From assembly GCA_009103225.1 (NCBI GenBank), contig RHPI01000696.1, positions 1 to 6,354 of the forward strand: 6,354 nt of DNA. The letters run 5' to 3'. The notes below the pieces were generated by a model. It saw only the letters and a list, made by a program, of their open reading frames with translations. It was not told the origin of the DNA and did not search any database. This DNA is from Chlorokybus atmophyticus. Taxonomy: Eukaryota; Plantae; Mesostigma and Chlorokybus algae. Of this stretch, positions 1 through 6,354 are shown in pieces. Within the stretch, counting starts at the first letter, position 1. Each line of letters begins with the position of its first letter. The translations under genes and the position numbers were made by a program.

Positions 1-85
1 CAAGACGCACGCACACATGCAAAAACACCCACATGCACACTTATGCGCATGCGCAGAAACATCGTTTAGAAACTCATCGCACCTT
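1..85 (+). repeat. Terminal direct repeat, left copy (85 nt)
   Basis: caagacgcacgcacacatgc...gaaactcatcgcacctt at 1-85 is identical base for base to 6270-6354. Confidence 0.97.
44..55. other. Perfect 12-bp palindrome TGCGCATGCGCA (also at 6313-6324 in the terminal repeat)
   Basis: Self-complementary as read. It matches the metazoan NRF1 consensus YGCGCAYGCGCR, but it lies in an RY-alternating tract where such palindromes arise easily, so no regulatory role is claimed. Confidence 0.6.
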
Positions 86-117
86 AATGTTGGAGGTCAC
101 GGACAGCTGGGGCGAGG
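76..117 (+). repeat. Conserved box, copy B (ATCGCAC...GAGG(T)CACGGACAGCTGGGGCGAGG)
   Basis: Core 98-117 matches 6101-6120 at 19/20 positions. The upstream ATCGCAC (76-82) and GAGG (93-96) are also shared with 6084-6100. Confidence 0.9.
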
Positions 118-215
118 TAATGCTTATGGATGCAAAGCCGTGCGTGGGCTCCAATATCGTTAATGGTCTTCATGAGCAGGCCGCTGATTGCCAGCTTGGG
201 GGGCAGTCGGCATAC

Positions 216-292
216 CTGCGCGTGCACAACTGCATGAGCGCATGCACGTGCGCATGTTTGTATGCGCGTGCGCGTACGTGTGTGCGTGCACG
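216..292. repeat. Alternating purine-pyrimidine low-complexity tract (GT/GC/AT dinucleotides)
   Basis: ctgcgcgtgcacaactgcatgagcgcatgcacgtgcgcatgtttgtatgcgcgtgcgcgtacgtgtgtgcgtgcacg is mostly strict R/Y alternation. Confidence 0.85.
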
Positions 293-301
293 TCTTCTTG
301 C

Positions 302-334
302 GGAGGAGGGGGGAGGGGGCAGGAAGGGAGGGGG
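302..334 (+). other. Polypurine G-rich tract with canonical G-quadruplex motif
   Basis: G6 (308-313), G5 (315-319), G3 (326-328) and G5 (330-334) with loops of 1, 6 and 1 nt fit G3+N1-7 x4. There is only one pyrimidine in 33 nt. Folding is predicted, not shown. Confidence 0.7.
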
Positions 335-370
335 TGACGCACCTGTTCACATGCATAGTGCACCAGCAAA

Positions 371-417
371 ATTGCCTCATGATAGGCCGCACCGGACAGT
401 GCGGCCTATCAGGCAGT
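371..417. repeat. Hairpin HP1 (first of double-hairpin module B)
   Basis: Perfect 13-bp stem TGATAGGCCGCAC (380-392) / GTGCGGCCTATCA (399-411) with loop CGGACA. It can be extended by TGCCT (373-377) / AGGCA (411-415) with a 3-nt bulge. Confidence 0.92.
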
Positions 418-430
418 CGCTGTAGGCTGC

Positions 431-472
431 CTCTTAGGCCGCACTGGACAGCTGTCCAGTGCGGTCTATGAG
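431..472. repeat. Hairpin HP2 (second of double-hairpin module B)
   Basis: Perfect 26-bp palindrome CCGCACTGGACAG|CTGTCCAGTGCGG (439-464). It extends outward to CTCTTAGG / TCTATGAG with one G-T pair and one T-T mismatch. Confidence 0.93.
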
Positions 473-486
473 TTCAATTCGGACCA

Positions 487-6040
<5,554 letters not shown>

Positions 6041-6041
6041 N
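6041..6041. other. Single ambiguous base / scaffold junction
   Basis: The only N in the window sits exactly between the poly-C and the (AC)n tract. Confidence 0.85.

Positions 6042-6075
<34 letters not shown>
6042..6075. repeat. (AC)17 microsatellite
   Basis: 34 nt of perfect AC repeats directly after the N. True length may differ because it abuts the junction. Confidence 0.95.
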
Positions 6076-6077
<2 letters not shown>

Positions 6078-6083
6078 TGTCGG

Positions 6084-6120
6084 ATCGCACATTGAAGAGG
6101 CACGGACAGCTGGGGTGAGG
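6084..6120 (+). repeat. Conserved box, copy A (ATCGCAC...GAGGCACGGACAGCTGGGGTGAGG)
   Basis: Core 6101-6120 matches 98-117 at 19/20 positions. Confidence 0.9.
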
Positions 6121-6130
6121 ACAACCTGTT

Positions 6131-6175
6131 TGATAGGCGACACTGCAGCCAGCAGTCTTGTAGGCGGCCTATGAG
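6131..6175. repeat. Degenerate hairpin HP4 (first of double-hairpin module A)
   Basis: Starts TGATAGGC and contains GCGGCCTAT (6164-6172), as HP1 does. ATAGGC (6133-6138) pairs with GCCTAT (6167-6172) and ACTGC (6142-6146) pairs with GCAGT (6152-6156). An asymmetric internal segment interrupts the stem. Confidence 0.7.
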
Positions 6176-6194
6176 ACAGCTCGTCCTTAGCCCT

Positions 6195-6211
6195 GGCTGA
6201 GTGACTCAGTC
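6195..6211. repeat. Small interrupted palindrome between HP4 and HP3
   Basis: CTGAGT (6197-6202), central G, ACTCAG (6204-6209). It extends by G-T and G-C pairs to 6195-6211. Confidence 0.65.
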
Positions 6212-6214
6212 AAA

Positions 6215-6259
6215 GCTCATAGGCCGCACTGACTAGGCTGGTCAGTGCGGTCTATGAGC
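6215..6259. repeat. Hairpin HP3 (second of double-hairpin module A)
   Basis: 19-bp stem GCTCATAGGCCGCACTGAC (6215-6233) / GTCAGTGCGGTCTATGAGC (6241-6259) with a single G-T pair and loop TAGGCTG. Confidence 0.93.
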
Positions 6260-6269
6260 CTGCCTGTTG

Positions 6270-6354
6270 CAAGACGCACGCACACATGCAAAAACACCCA
6301 CATGCACACTTATGCGCATGCGCAGAAACATCGTTTAGAAACTCATCGCACCTT
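6270..6354 (+). repeat. Terminal direct repeat, right copy (85 nt); circular-contig overlap or start of next tandem unit
   Basis: Exact copy of 1-85 that runs to the last base of the window. Confidence 0.97.

Noticed and set aside
1-85. LTRs of a retrotransposon
   Set aside because: The repeats are flush with the contig ends and 100% identical, lack TG...CA termini and a visible primer-binding site, and enclose no gag/pol remnants. An assembly overlap or tandem unit is simpler.
76-117. Kinetoplast minicircle conserved region
   Set aside because: The universal minicircle sequence GGGGTTGGTGTA is absent on both strands, and the AT-rich character of such minicircles is lacking.
33-471. Short overlapping ORFs (130, 102, 69 and 69 aa) on both strands
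   Set aside because: The translations are dominated by low-complexity C/A/R/H/V/M/T residues from RY tracts and show no recognisable domain. They overlap on both strands and run through the hairpins. A remote small protein cannot be fully excluded without a profile search.
371-472. Hairpin repeats as a CRISPR array
   Set aside because: There are only two adjacent units per module, the repeats are not near-identical, spacing is irregular, and no cas gene is present.
380-472. Rho-independent terminators
   Set aside because: The strong stems lack an adjacent U-tract on either strand and have no upstream gene.
6202-6208. AP-1 site TGACTCA (and NRF1-like TGCGCATGCGCA at 44-55) as promoter elements
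   Set aside because: These are short motifs expected by chance in palindromic or RY-rich DNA. The host is unknown and there is no downstream gene.
6195-6262. Hammerhead ribozyme (CTGAGTGA...CAAA followed by a long stem)
   Set aside because: The core deviates from CUGANGA...GAAA, no proper stem II forms, and there is no UH cleavage triplet after the stem. I saw no canonical core on either strand by eye. An Infernal search against ribozyme models would settle it.

Overview
No credible gene, RNA gene or CRISPR array is present. About 85% of the window (620-6040, 5,421 nt) is a pure poly-C run ending at a single N (6041), most likely an assembly or sequencing artefact. It explains all the long poly-Pro/poly-Gly ORFs, which I reject. 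The informative sequence is the flanks (1-619 and 6042-6354). The first 85 nt recur exactly as the last 85 nt (6270-6354), so the contig is either a circle or one unit of a tandem array (6,269 nt unit, about 850 nt without the poly-C). This small non-coding unit is highly structured. It has four related GC-rich hairpins (consensus ATAGGCCGCAC(TG)...(CA)GTGCGGYCTAT) in two paralogous double-hairpin modules, two copies of a 20-nt box (CACGGACAGCTGGGGYGAGG), alternating purine-pyrimidine tracts, an (AC)17 microsatellite and a G-quadruplex-type tract. Its style suggests a eukaryotic or organellar non-coding repeat, minicircle or non-autonomous element. I cannot identify it from sequence alone.
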